In this document: one piece after another, positions 1 through 12,600 of the stretch
How the letters are laid out: each line of letters opens with the position of its first letter
Position numbering within the stretch: the first letter of the stretch is position 1
Source of the DNA: Podarcis filfolensis
Lineage: Eukaryota
Assembly: GCA_964270895.1 (NCBI GenBank)
Contig: OZ185440.1
Strand: one strand, 5' to 3'
DNA: 64,000 nucleotides
Program-made: the position numbers and the translations under genes
Notes under the pieces: generated by a model
The model's input: the letters and a program-made list of their open reading frames with translations, nothing else
Told to the model about the DNA's origin: nothing
Databases searched by the model: none

Positions 1-3000
1 GCCCTTGAGTACAATATTTCAAATCCTCTTTTCCTTGACCGGTGCTTGCTAGTCTTAATTTTAAAATGTTTCTTTCTCCTTTAGTGTCTCAGCTTAAAAA
101 AGGGGTAATTGACATACACGTTTCCTTATTTCCATGACCGAATAATTAGCCAAATTCACAGATCATACATCCTTTTTGCTAGTTCATCTGAATGAAAACC
201 AGTAGGTTTACTGCTTTTGTATGCATTGGTCTCCGTGCACATGCAAGTGATGACAGATGCCCTTTTAGTCTGGTCTGTGCCATGTTTTTAAGTCAGTAGA
301 GAAAGTGGGAGAGAACCATTTTAAGTCAAATACATGTTCTAAATCAAAGTCACTTTGTGATTTAGTTGGAAGACATGAAAAATACAGCAGCCAGTTTAAG
401 CATCACTCACTTGCCTTCAGTTCTGATGGCTTCTCATGGAATGAAATAAAATTCAGCAAGCGGTAACTTGCAAAAGAATTGGATCTGTTGCTGTTTAGAT
501 AGCAGTCCATTCTTAGACTTTTGTCTAAGTTTGTCAAAAATTGCTTCTATTTTGTCTATAATAATTTAAACACAGTTCAATTTACTTACAACAACATAAT
601 TATCAAAGGTGCTTAAAGGTGCCCGGGTCAGGAGTCTAATTAATGTTTTAAGAAATAAAGATTTAGTACCAGGCAAGCTTGTCATTTTTTCTGTGGCTTG
701 TTTTGTAGAAGAAGCAGAGGAGAGAAGTTGAGGAGGGAACCCTCCTGTTTCTTGATTATATCCCACCCGCTCATTTTCTCCTTTTCTCCTTTGCTTTTGA
801 TTTTAGTGGTGGTCTTAACAGAATGTCAAGATCAATTTGAAGCATGGTTAAACTCAAGGTTTGCATTCTGCCAGCAGCAATTGTCCCTACAAACAATGCT
901 GTGTGTTCTTGTAACTTCAGAAGCTTTTAGAAGGATCATGGCAAGGGCAGCATCTAATGACTTTATTAGTATAGGGTTTCAAAACAGCCTCAGTAATTGT
1001 TCACATCTCTTTGTCATGTAGTCATAATTACTGCATAACATTGTTCAGGGTTGCACTTGTGAATGGTTTCCTAATAGCAAGAAATGAAGAAAAATGGGAA
1101 GGGATGAAAGGTGATTGTCTCTTCACACAGCCTGTATTCAGATAGTGCAAGAGCTGTTTGTAATGCTTAATATGTCTACTAAACAAGGAAAATCTATATT
1201 TAAACATATATACTCTTTGAGATGATACCCTGTTAGGTGCTTTGAAATATGTATCAAAAGGACATTAAGGCCTCCACATCTAGAAAAGGAAAGTTGTGAT
1301 TGATGACCTATAGGTTTATGAATGTTAAAGGTGCACAACTTTCCTCCTTTGATCTGGCTTGGTTTTTTATTTAAATTACTCCAAATAACATTGCATGCCA
1401 GTCATACTCCCTAGGCTCATTTCATCGAATTAATACGCAGAATTCTTGTACTGCTGAAGGATAGCCTGTTCTGCTCTTGAAATGATTGTATGTGCAGAAT
1501 CTTTAGTCAATGAATTAAGCAAGAGTACATTTCAGAAACTGTTGTGGTGCTACATCTAACTCCAATTGAGCAGTGACCTCAGTCCTGGGTTCCTACTCGA
1601 TAGCCCCTCAATTGCAGGGGTCATCAGGAAAGGGGTGGCATTGGCTTACAACTCATTGTGAACTGTTGAAGCTGCTCCAGCCTTGGTGTATGTTGCAGTG
1701 CTTCTAAACCATTCACCAATGAATGCCAGCTAGTATTCTACTCCTTGTGTTCTTTTCTGTACGTATAGGAGAGCATCATGCAATGCAGCAAGGAATGCCT
1801 GCTCTAAAATAGATCAGTTTAGGGTCAGTATTTAGATAAATGAAAAATCAAAATCTAGAATGGAAAAGTCCTAAAACTGGAGTCTTGAAAACTGATTAAA
1901 AGCTTTCCCTCACAAATAAATTCTTATTGTACAGTAAATATGTATTGATTTCTCATTTTTGTTCACAGTCCATATATTTTTCTTCATAATTATATCCTGT
2001 TGTGGAGAAATCACTGTTTCCTTGCACTCAGATTTGCAGTATGTCATATCTGGAAAAATGCAATTCTTTCAACAGGTAGCAAGTTTGTAAGAAATTGTTG
2101 TGGATCACCAGTGGCGTTGCTGTCTGTCTAGCTAGTATGTTGTTGTTTGGATGCTAGAGGAATGCTCTGGGTGGTTTTCTGATGCAGTTAGTGATGACTG
2201 GCAGAACTGTTTTAATTCTTATGCCGATGTATTGGTGACCATGCATTCCTCTGCTGTACAATTTGAGTAAAGGAACTCTTTATTAGCTCCCCTCTTTGCC
2301 GTTCAGTAAACTGTTTTGCCACTTTGTGGCCATTAATTTTAACAGCAACAACAACTTGTTGATCTCTTTGTTGCATGGAGAAAACATACATGCATGAATA
2401 ACCATTAGATTTATGTGCACCACTCCCAGTCTGTTACAGAGAAGCAGGATATTGCATCCTTGCCTTTGGAAGAAACTTGCTAGGCTATGGTGCAAAGGCT
2501 CCAATGAAGATGAGTATAGTTGGATGGATTGTACAGAAGGCCATTAGTTATGGAATTGAAATTAACACAATACATTCTCTTAAGATCCAAATATATGTTG
2601 TTTTTAACTCAAAAGAAGCCTTTTATGTAGTGTAGCATGTAGACTCCATCCCTGCATGAGGTTACCAAATTAATACCAATGTGTTTTCAGATCAAGATAG
2701 AGACCAGGTTCTGGAAATATATAAAGTTGTATATGCTTCATAAAAAATACGTTACAGCTGTAACCTTCTGGCATTTCATCTGCACCTTGATTAGCCCATA
2801 CTAAATACATCATTAACAGTATAATCCTTTGCATACCTACTAAGTCCCACAAATTCAATAAAACTTACTTTAAGGGAAGCGTGTAAGATTGCAGCCTTAG
2901 TTGGTCCAGTGCTCCCCTGTGTTGAGAAACCTTAGGACTGTCATGGCACTATAAAGAGGGAAAATCCTGTTGTAGAACTGTGCATCATGACTTTTTTGAT

Positions 3001-4145
3001 AACGATGTGGCCTAAACATCTTCAGTGTCAAGTCCTTTCATCGCTCAGACTTGTAGAGCAGAAGGTGCAAAAGAATAGAATCCTGTGGTGCTATTTGTAA
3101 AAGAGCTCTGATGCAGAAGAGTGGTTGGCTGATGCCGGCCTCTGAGGAAAAAAGAGTGAAGGCATTTGGGCACAATTCCATTTACACTTACAAAAGCCTA
3201 CAGCTGCATCAGTAATATTTCAATGATTCTGTTATCAAAATCACAAAGGCATTTAACAGAATCTATGTGGGTGCTTGGCCTTTTTCTTATCAGGAGGACT
3301 CAGTAAGCAACAAGATTATTACACCTAGTTTTTTAAAGTATGGAGTCTCTGACAATTGGGCATTGCAATAACTAGCACTGTATTTGCAGAGAGATCATAA
3401 GAATACCCTTTCTTGGATCATACTGTACAGTGTCATGCCCCCCTCATGCTTGAAGTGCTACCTGAATTTAAAATCCCTCACAGAGCCACTGATCTTCAAG
3501 AGGTTATATCATCTGGGATTTCTCCTGGGCTAATATGAGGTAGCTGCTTCCACTCCCCAAAATATTTTCTCCAACCTCTTTTGCTGCCCCACACATAAGT
3601 GGAACATAACTGTATGCTAATAAATTTGCTGTGATGATTAACTCCTGAGTTTAAAATGTTCCAAACCTGTAGAGCTGTTCTTTTTTTATGCTTCCCTCTT
3701 TCTTTTCTCTCTCAACTTGTAAGAAAGCTAATAGAAGCCAGATAGCTGGGAAGAATAGACTGTTCTAGTCAGCAGGCCAGAGCCTCATCACAGTAACTCC
3801 TTGGGCATGGGCAAGGTTGGGGCGATTTTATCACTCAATAATGACCTTTGCCAGTCTTCTGCTTCCCCAAATGAATTATGAATAACTCACCCATGGTTAC
3901 TGTTCTATTTGTGTGGATTTGCAAAATGGCACATTACAGAGAACAGAACTATTACATTCTTCGTTGTACTTCTCAGGACCAATTTCCATCTGTTGTTGCC
4001 ACTTCAAAACCCTTCCCTGCTATTAATGATGTGAGGAGGAACATTTAAATGCACAGTTTTGCATTCTAACTGCTTCATAGTTTTGTGATGCTAGTGTTAA
4101 AATACTCCACACTTGTAGACTGATAAAAAAAAGGTAGAGACCTTT

Positions 4146-4538
4146 TGTCATAGTCTGGTTGCTGAGCTCAGTGGAGTGGGAGAGTCTCTGGTGTACATGC
4201 CTGGAGGCAGAGTTAGCATTTAAAGTCAGGTCCAGTCCTAGGGTCAGGCAAACAGCAATCCACATGACAAGAAAGTCTAGGGGTCAGGGAATCCAGTGAT
4301 CATTGGGTCCAGGGTCAAGACGAGCAGGGAGCAGCAAGGTAGGGCCAAGAACTACTAGCATTGTTACCAGCAATTGATTCCTGCTGGAAACTGCTTAAGA
4401 AGGCTGAAGCCAGTTGGTTCTCACCAGTGCCTTCCCCTCTGAGTCCTTGAAGGCTGATCAACTGCAGGTGGAGTCACTCCACCTCCTCCCCTTTCAGGAT
4501 GCTGTTCAGCAGGTGAACCTGATTCCTGGCCCACGACA
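4146..4538 (-). mobile_element. Solo LTR, Gypsy-like (393 bp)
   Basis: Termini TGTCAT...ACGACA (TG..CA, inverted, 1 mismatch). Perfect 5-bp TSD CCTTT at 4141-4145 and 4539-4543. Internal repeated GGGTC(A/C)AG motifs. Family and strand are inferred from resemblance to squamate Gypsy LTRs. Confidence 0.7.
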
Positions 4539-5506
4539 CCTTTTTAAGGATAACACACACCATATGGATACACAAGTGGAAAAGTTTTCAGTGGCAGTCA
4601 TGGACAGTAAGTAATATGTAAATTAGTCATAGTGGCTTACAGCAGGATGGGGCCTTTATGTTTCTTTAGCTTTGTATTATTTTAATGGCTAATCCATCAA
4701 GCTCAACTGTATCTACTCTGAGAGTTACAGATGAAGAGGCACATAGCCTCAAACAATCTTAATATTTTCAAATAAACTTCCTAAACAGAAACAATTAGTT
4801 TAGTGTTGACTGGACTGATTGCAATAAAAGTGTCATTGCCTGCAGAAAGATGTAGCAAGAAATGGTGTGAGCCCAGTAAAAAATAGCAATTGTCTTTAAA
4901 GAAAGTTGGGGTTAAGTGGTTCACATGCAGACTGTACTAAGACAATCATGCATAGATACCCTGTTTAAATATTACATATCACATCCTTCAGTTTTACATT
5001 TAAAATTTAAATATTAATACATAAAATGTTATTCTTAAATTAACATTTTAATGAGACTTGTGTTGACTTTGCAGAGTATAAAATTAATAATGTTAAATAA
5101 TTACATGTCTTACGTGTTTAATATTCAACAAGTATTCTTTTTGCTTTGGAAAGACACTAAAGCATCTCTTCTATGAGGAAAGATACTTTTAAGCTTTATC
5201 TTAAAAAAAAAAAAACCCAGCAGATAGGTCAGCATATATTGTCTCTTATCTTCAAGGGGCTGATTTGATTGACCTTAAATAATTCTAGAACTGACCTTCA
5301 GGTCATGGCTCATCAAATTGGTTTTACCAGATTGATGCTTAAGATTAATTTCTTTAGAATTTAAATTTGGTTGTGGTAATAAATCACTGGTCCAGTTTCT
5401 CTATCATGGTAAACCATAGTTGATTGTTTACAGCCAATGTGGAGATTGCACCTGCTTCACTCCTCTCCTAGTGGGAGCAGCAATCCACAATCCTTGGCTT
5501 AGTGTA

Positions 5507-5835
5507 TTTTATTTATTTGTATGCTACTTTTCCTCCCAAAGGATCCCAGAGCAGCAAATATTACAACGTTCAAACAAAACAACTTAAGATAAGTAAAAAC
5601 ATACTTAAAACATTTTAAAACCACTTAAAACTTTTAAAAACAATCACATAGCTTCACAGTTACTAATTTCAAGGTTGCCATGGCCAGTAGCTCATAGCCA
5701 TCATATGCTTGGGTAAACAGGAGTGTCTTTACATTTTGCCTGAAAGTCAATAATGAAGGAGACAGCCGCACCTCACCAAGGAAGCTATTCTAAAAATGGG
5801 GAGCCACTACCAAAAAAGCCTTGTCACAGGTCAAC
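5507..5835 (-). mobile_element. L2 LINE 3' fragment
   Basis: (TTTA)n tail, A-rich stretch, then degenerate L2 3' motif ggaagctattctaaaaatggggagccactaccaaaaaagcc. Boundaries approximate. Confidence 0.6.
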
Positions 5836-6879
5836 ACCAGCCAAGCAGAAGCTAGAAGTAGCACCAGCAACAAGGAACTCCAAATTGGGATTGTCGTTCA
5901 TTACCACCACAATTGGTAAGCCGAGAACAAATCTTGGCTTCATGTTGAATCGAAATCAACTACAGTCCCTAGTTCAGATGTAACAGTAAGCCAGCAATTG
6001 TGGTTTGTTGCTCCTGCTTGCCATAGGGGAGAAGCAAAGCAGGAGTTTGGGTTACCATGGTGCACAGACTGGGCCAGAACGCTGTCAATTGAACGGCACA
6101 ATTAGAGCAAAGTTATATCCAGTGCAGATTTTTTTTTTGCCATTTGTCCTCTCTGTATCCTCAAGTTTGGAGCAGCTGGTCTTCTTGAGTAACTTTGCTT
6201 AAAGCGCAGCCCAAGGACATCTTCAATCTGTCCTCTTCCAGGAGCATAGAGCTTACACAGTGCAAACTACCCTGAAAGTCTCTGCAGCTGCCAAACACCA
6301 CCCACTAGTAACATCAGAGAGTCTCTGGCATCACAACCCTCTAGTTTCCATTCAGTGGTGGCAGCCTGATGATGCATTCAAATGATGATGCCGTATGCAC
6401 TTCCATTACTCTGAAATATTTTTTTAATTTTACCCTTAATAAACAAATGTGTTCCGCGGCTTCCATCTTAAGTTTATATATTCTACTGAAATGAGGCCAG
6501 TGGAGATTCAAAGTTGGGTCTAATTTGTTTTCAGACTTTTAGCAGCTCTCAACAGCAAGCCTAGTTTTGACTTCCATTATTTGTCATTCTAGGTTTCTGA
6601 AGTGTAGATGTTGAGATTTTTCCCGCTGATAGGAAAACGAAGTGTCGTGATTCTGTTTTGGATTTTGATATCAAATGCTTCTCAGCCTGTGACATTTTAA
6701 TGCCGCTTGTCTTTTCAAATAGATTTACCTTCTAATGCATGAGACAACAGGACTTTGCTCATCAGATAGTGCATACATTTCAAGATCAGTTGTTACCTAA
6801 AATATTATCATAAGGCATAAGAAAACACATGATTTAAGTTGCCGTTCATGAACATAATTAAGAATTAATAAGCCTGTAC

Positions 6880-7163
6880 NNNNNNNNNNNNNNNNNNNNN
6901 NNNNNNNNNNNNNNNNNNNNNNNNNNNNNNNNNNNNNNNNNNNNNNNNNNNNNNNNNNNNNNNNNNNNNNNNNNNNNNNNNNNNNNNNNNNNNNNNNNNN
7001 NNNNNNNNNNNNNNNNNNNNNNNNNNNNNNNNNNNNNNNNNNNNNNNNNNNNNNNNNNNNNNNNNNNNNNNNNNNNNNNNNNNNNNNNNNNNNNNNNNNN
7101 NNNNNNNNNNNNNNNNNNNNNNNNNNNNNNNNNNNNNNNNNNNNNNNNNNNNNNNNNNNNNNN
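6880..7163. other. Assembly gap (284 N)
   Basis: Run of N seen directly. Confidence 1.
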
Positions 7164-8329
7164 AGAATACTAATGCCAGACTTCAGTATGCTAATGGATG
7201 AAGGCATTTTTTTGGCCAAAAGCTTAGAATTATTGTTTTAAGACTGCACTAGTAAGTATGAAAGTGAAGAAGGCTAGTACTATATCCAGAAGCATAACTC
7301 TTGAGTAAAAGCCATTGATTTTTATTGCTACTAATTGAACTTGCAAATTTTATATTAAAATATTATCTCTAGGTATAAAGCAGTATATGTATTTCATAAT
7401 TAAGTCCCCAACTTTTATTCTGTTGTTATTTATTTTTTCTAGATTTGTATTTTACTCTGAAGCTCTTAAGTTTAGTTGCTGATACCTAGTAAAGGGTACA
7501 ATACACAATACTTGCAGATTTGTATAGTCATACTTCATTCACTTGGATGAAAAAATTAAGAGTGAAGTACAGCAAAAGTTAGGTTTGCTTAAGTTCTTTT
7601 GGGATGAGTTCAATTATCCATTCAATACAGTGTGACAGAGCCATGGTAATTTCAGAAGTGGCGTTTCTGTGAAGTGAGATGTCACAAATGATAGATTTCT
7701 GGTGCCATTCCATGTTGTTTTGAGCCCTAATGTTTTGGTGTGTTCATAGTTATCCACACAACTTCATGCAACAATACCAGCACACTGAACCTTTCAGGAT
7801 GATACTGTATGTTGTGTCTTGATGACAAATTCAGCATCTAAAGATTCAACTAAAAGGCATCATTACATTACTTTGAGCCTTGTAGTTTATTCCGGTGCAT
7901 ATGTAGCAGTTGTAACTGAGACACCAGTTACCTTGTATATGACCCAATCATATTTACAATGGCCGAGAAGTGAAAACCATTGAGTTCAGTGGGGCTTACT
8001 TCCAAGTAAGTGTGAGTATATGACTGCAATCATAACTGCTTTCTATATTTTTCCTGCTCTTGGTAAACAGGTGGAGCTTGGTGCTCAAAACATGGTTAAA
8101 TGTTTCGTGTTTGAAAATTAGAAACAGCATGCAGAATTCTAAGTAGATCTCTTTTTTTCTGCCTGAGTAAGAGACTTATATTAAGGAAACTGATTCTAGC
8201 ACTTCTGAAATCCCAGGAAGTGGTACTTCAGTCAGTTTCATTCATTTTTAGAAATTTCAACAAATGTCAGTGTTGAAATTCTGTTGGACTCTTGAAAGAT
8301 TTGTTCAAAAATACTTCAGAAGATGCAGT

Positions 8330-8420
8330 GAAGCAGAGGTTACCCTCATATGGTGCCTTCTCTGTCGTAAAACCCCAGGTGTGGAACTCTCTCCCTGTAG
8401 GGATTAACTTGTCCCTCTTA
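8330..8420 (+). mobile_element. L2 LINE short fragment
   Basis: gccttctctgtcgtaaaaccccaggtgtggaactctctccct is the recurrent L2 3' motif (AFSVxxPxLWNSLP-type). Confidence 0.5.
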
Positions 8421-9834
8421 TTGTCAGTTTTCCAAAGCCAAATGACCATGCATTTTTTCCTCTGAGTCTTTGAGGTTAAATATTACCTGGAGTCCAACAG
8501 ATATGTTGTTGCTACTGTATTGATAAAGTTTGTGATTGCAATTTGATGCAGTGTTTTTAGTGTCTTAATATGTACTGGGGGATATTTGAATTTTTGTTTG
8601 ATTATTTTGTTAAACTCCATGAAAGGCTTCTGATCCCAATCCCAGATGTCCCGCTTTGGCTTCCAGGCTACCAAAGGACAGGAGGTTTTTTTTGTCCCAC
8701 CCTGTGGCGTAAGTCAGTTGTCTCACACCAGAGCGCGGGACCCAAAAATGGAAGGAAAACATCCCTAGACCCCACACATCATCACTTTTCTTCCTCCTTC
8801 CATTGCAGCACTTCCAGAAACCTTTCAAGACAATTATTGTAGGTAAAATGGTGTGATGTGTATGCATTCTAAGTGCTTGCTCTAAATGTTCTAAGTGCTG
8901 TTAACAGCCATATGATTAGTGTTAATGGTCTGAAAGTTGAGAATTCCACCAGACATGAATGTGTGACAGAAGTCCATGCTTGCCTTGGCAGTGAATGAAA
9001 GGAGAATGTATTGTAGACATGCTTCCCCAGATGTTAAAGCATATGGAGATATATTATTGGAATAGAATTTATTCATATCATTTAGCACTCTCTCACCTCC
9101 CCCATTTTTCTCTTATTTGTTCTTTATTTTAGCAATGCCTTTGGAGCAGATAGACCCCATATTTATTAACCTGTTAACCACTTTAGTTGTGAATGCCAAG
9201 GCACACTGCCCCTGCTAAAAAGTTTGTTTTATCGGGCCTTGGGATTGCTGTAACAGGATAACCAAATTTCTCATTCCTCTTTGCATATTTGAGAGGCCCC
9301 AATTGTTTTATAAATTTGTGATAACAGAAAAATAAACTATAGATTTCATCATCAGGAGGCCTGTTAAAATATACTACAACCTTTGAGTTTGTTGTGCTAC
9401 AGAGCATCTGGTTCTACATCACATTGCAGGGTAGAACATGCTATTTAAACCTCGAAATGTCTTGGGCTGGCCTTGGTCTTTCTTTGGATTGTGACTAATT
9501 TCATTCTCTTCTGTTCAGGGAAAAAATAGTTTGCATTGGTGCATTCATTATTTTAAAATGTGGTATTCATTTTCTTCAGTATGAGAACCAACTTGCTGCA
9601 GGATGGAATTTGATAGCTCTGAATATTATAAATGGGAATGTTAACTTTGATAAATATTGATAAATGAGAATATTGACAGGATAAATGGCAATATTGACAA
9701 TGATATGATTACAAAGTGAACAAGCAGGAATTTTGAAACTCGCTAATTTAGTCCAAATCTAATAACCTTTATTTTATAAAGTGGACATTGCTTTACAAAA
9801 TTTTCATCCCCCTTTAAATGTTTCTGTTTTCCAG

Positions 9835-9971
9835 GTTTCTAACGATGTGCACAAGACACTTTGGTAGCGTTGTAGCTCAAACTATTCGAACTCAGAAAAC
9901 AGATCAGTTTCCACTTTTCCTGATTATTATGGGGAAACGATCATCGAATGAGGTGCTGAATGTAATACAAG
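9835..9971 (+). CDS. FAF1: FAF1 coding exon (about exon 14; UAS/thioredoxin-like domain), 137 bp, phase 2 to 1
   Basis: Acceptor tttctgttttccag, donor gtacca. Translates (R)FLTMCTRHFGSVVAQTIRTQKTDQFPLFLIIMGKRSSNEVLNVIQ(G), recognised as the FAF1 UAS region. Confidence 0.97.
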
Positions 9972-10051
9972 GTACCATTTCTTGGTTCTATTGGGCATAT
10001 GTTCCTTCTTGAAACTTTCAAGTTAATTTGCCACCAGTCCTCTCTAGAATA

Positions 10052-10418
10052 GGGGGACGCGGGTGGCGCTGTGGGTAAAACCTCAGCGCCTAGGACTTGC
10101 CGATCGTCAGGTCGGCGGTTCGAATCCCCGCGGCGGGGTGCGCTCCCGTTGCTCGGTCCCAGCACCTGGCAACCTAGCAGTTCGAAAGCACCCCCGGGTG
10201 CAAGTAGATAAATAGGGACCGCTTACTAGCGGGAAGGTAAACAGTGTTTCCGTGTGCTGTGCTGGCTCGCCAGATGCAGCTTGTCACGCTGGCCACGTGA
10301 CCCAGAAGTGTCTGCGGACAGCGCTGGCCCCCGGCCTCTTAAGTGAGATGGGCGCACAACCCTAGAGTCGGACACGACTGGCCCGTACGGGCAGGGGTAC
10401 CTTTACCTTTACCTTTTA
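10052..10418 (+). mobile_element. Sauria SINE (Squam1/POM type), full length
   Basis: 5' GGGACGCGGGTGGCGCTGTGG tRNA-like head with B box GGTTCGAATCC and (ACCTTT)n tail. Perfect 13-bp TSD CCTCTCTAGAATA at 10039-10051 and 10419-10431. Confidence 0.95.
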
Positions 10419-10544
10419 CCTCTCTAGAATATAGTTTATCTTCTTTAGTTCAGAAAGTACCTCTTAGTGAAATGTAAAATGCAGTGCATTTATACTATAC
10501 TCATTTGCATTTACTACGGCCAAAACTGATTTTCCTACTCTTTA

Positions 10545-10624
10545 CATCTCTAATAATGAAGAGTCCTTGCATCTCTAATAATGAAGAGGAGTATAGTGTA
10601 AATAGTGTAAATAGTGTAAATAGT
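10545..10624. repeat. Local tandem duplications
   Basis: CATCTCTAATAATGAAGAG at 10545 and 10570, followed by about three ATAGTGTAA units. Confidence 0.85.
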
Positions 10625-12069
10625 GACAAATGGCTTTTATTTTTCATGCTTACCAGCAAGTATACAAAAAAATGAAAACTGATAGACTATGAATGATAAG
10701 CTTTCTGTAGCTAGAGTTTTAGAAACAGGAATTCAGGTTCATTGTTAGAATAGATCCCCTTTCAGATTTCCAGCATTGACGCTGATTTGAGTAAACATGC
10801 ATAGGATTTTACTACAAAAGTACTCTCCAGTAAGTGTTCTTAGGATTAGAGCATTCTTGTGCATATCCACTCAGATATAAGCTCCCTTGTCTTCAATGGG
10901 ATTTCTGTCCAGGTAAGTCTACATAGAGGGTCTCAGTCTTAAAGACTTTGGGCAAGCTATCATGTCCCATTTTAGCCTGCCCTATAGCATTATTGTGAAA
11001 ATTAAATGGGATGAAGAGATGTTATAACCAGGCCAGAGTCCTTTATGTTTTGAGTCATTGAATTCAGGTATCTTGCAACATTCTTAATTTGGAACTCTTA
11101 AAATATTGAAAAATTGTTGATTTCAAGTTGAGATTTCCATAACTGAAGGAGTCTGCCTGCATGCATTTGAAAGCAAAAGAAGGGTCCAAATCTAACCAAA
11201 GCTTTGGCAGTCTGATGTTTTATCATATAAAAAGTCCCTCTCTGTACTCTTGGCATTGCTTTTCCAAGTTTAAATTTAGTGTGTATGTTGTCCAAGACAT
11301 CCTGATTTCTGAAAGGTCGACATTTGAAATTCAAAATTTCACAATGCCAAATGCAGCCAGTATTGCTGTGGAGAGCAAGCAAAATCTCACTTGGAAAATA
11401 ATGGAAAGAAGTGAAGCTACCATCTTCTTGCACGTCAGCCCACCTTGCATTGGAGAATAGAGAATTGCTGTTGCCACCCAGGAATGAAAACCTGACAGGT
11501 CCATAGAATGGATTTTAACAATATTTGGACTAATGTGAAAGGAAGGGTAGGATTTCAAGGGACAACAGGATATATATATACTGCTATTTGAGATGCAGTA
11601 TAAAAGTCTGGAAGAATTTGGATACAATTGAAACTACTCTGTGGAAAGCGTTTTGCGCTAATGCCCTCAAATTCTTCTTTGAAGCTACCCCAAATTTTAC
11701 ATATCAGTTTGACAATATTTTTTTAAACATGCTTCTTTCAGCTACCTGAAAGAAATAAAAAAAACCCTCCCTTCCTGTTTAGTGATCCTATTTTCACCTA
11801 CAGGAAAATATAACAGAAAGCATCATCAATCAGTTCAGAATAAATACTTTCGTCTATGCTTGTGCTTACATTTTATTGGAAAAATTAGAAACTTGTGGGG
11901 GGCAGCCCACCGATAAACAGAAAATATTCTAAGAATCTCATCTCATATTCTTATTATGACTTATAAAAACCCCTGCTAGGTATTCCTTTTGGATTAATTC
12001 TAGAATGACTTTCTGGTTTTTTTAATAACTTTAATAATATGAAGTTCAGCTATCTTTCTTTGTTGCTAG

Positions 12070-12158
12070 GTAACACAACAGTGGATGAGCTAATGATGAG
12101 GCTGATGGCTGCAATGGAGATCTTCGGTGCTCAGCAGCAGGAAGACATAAAAGATGAG
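12070..12158 (+). CDS. FAF1: FAF1 coding exon (about exon 15), 89 bp, phase 1 to 0
   Basis: Acceptor tctttctttgttgctag, donor gtgaga. Translates (G)NTTVDELMMRLMAAMEIFGAQQQEDIKDE. Confidence 0.97.
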
Positions 12159-12470
12159 GTGAGAGCTGGACATCACTCCAGACATCTGGTGAATTTCGAG
12201 TAAAGGCCTTTCCAGACAATTAAAAAATATTGGATTCTATTCATAGCACTAGATCTGTTCGGGCCCCAATTCAGCACCAATTGCACATTGTACGACCGGA
12301 TGCTAAGGAAAACAGGGTTCCTGTGGCTTTAATAGTTGGGCAAAGAGGAAGTTTTTTGCAGGTTTTTACTGCACAAGTAAGAGAAGTTCCACCTAATGAG
12401 CTCTCTTGTACAACTGGACATGGCTACTGTCCTTTTCATCAAGTCACGCTAATACCAGGATGCGCTAACA

Positions 12471-12600
12471 CAGGTGTGGGAAACCTTTGGCCCTCTAGAT
12501 GTTGCTGAACTAAAGCCCCCATCATCCATGGCCATTGGCCATGCTTGATAGAGCTGATGGAAGTTGCAGTTCAGCAACATTTGAAGGTTCTCCACCCCTG
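12471..12600. mobile_element. Hairpin non-autonomous DNA transposon (hAT-type MITE), degenerate
   Basis: CAGG...CCTG termini with self-complementary body (gatgttgctgaact / agttcagcaacat). Same family as 50191-50326. TSD not resolved. Confidence 0.7.

Noticed and set aside
3225-3270. ITKAFNRI, reminiscent of the RT motif DxxKAFDxV
   Set aside because: Catalytic-like Asp residues are absent and no supporting flanking motifs were found. Too weak without an HMM search.
6797-7219. 140-aa ORF
   Set aside because: Artefact of reading through the N gap.
10052-10135. tRNA-like A/B-box sequences (also at 34331 and 59114)
   Set aside because: These are SINE heads with no complete cloverleaf, so not tRNA genes.
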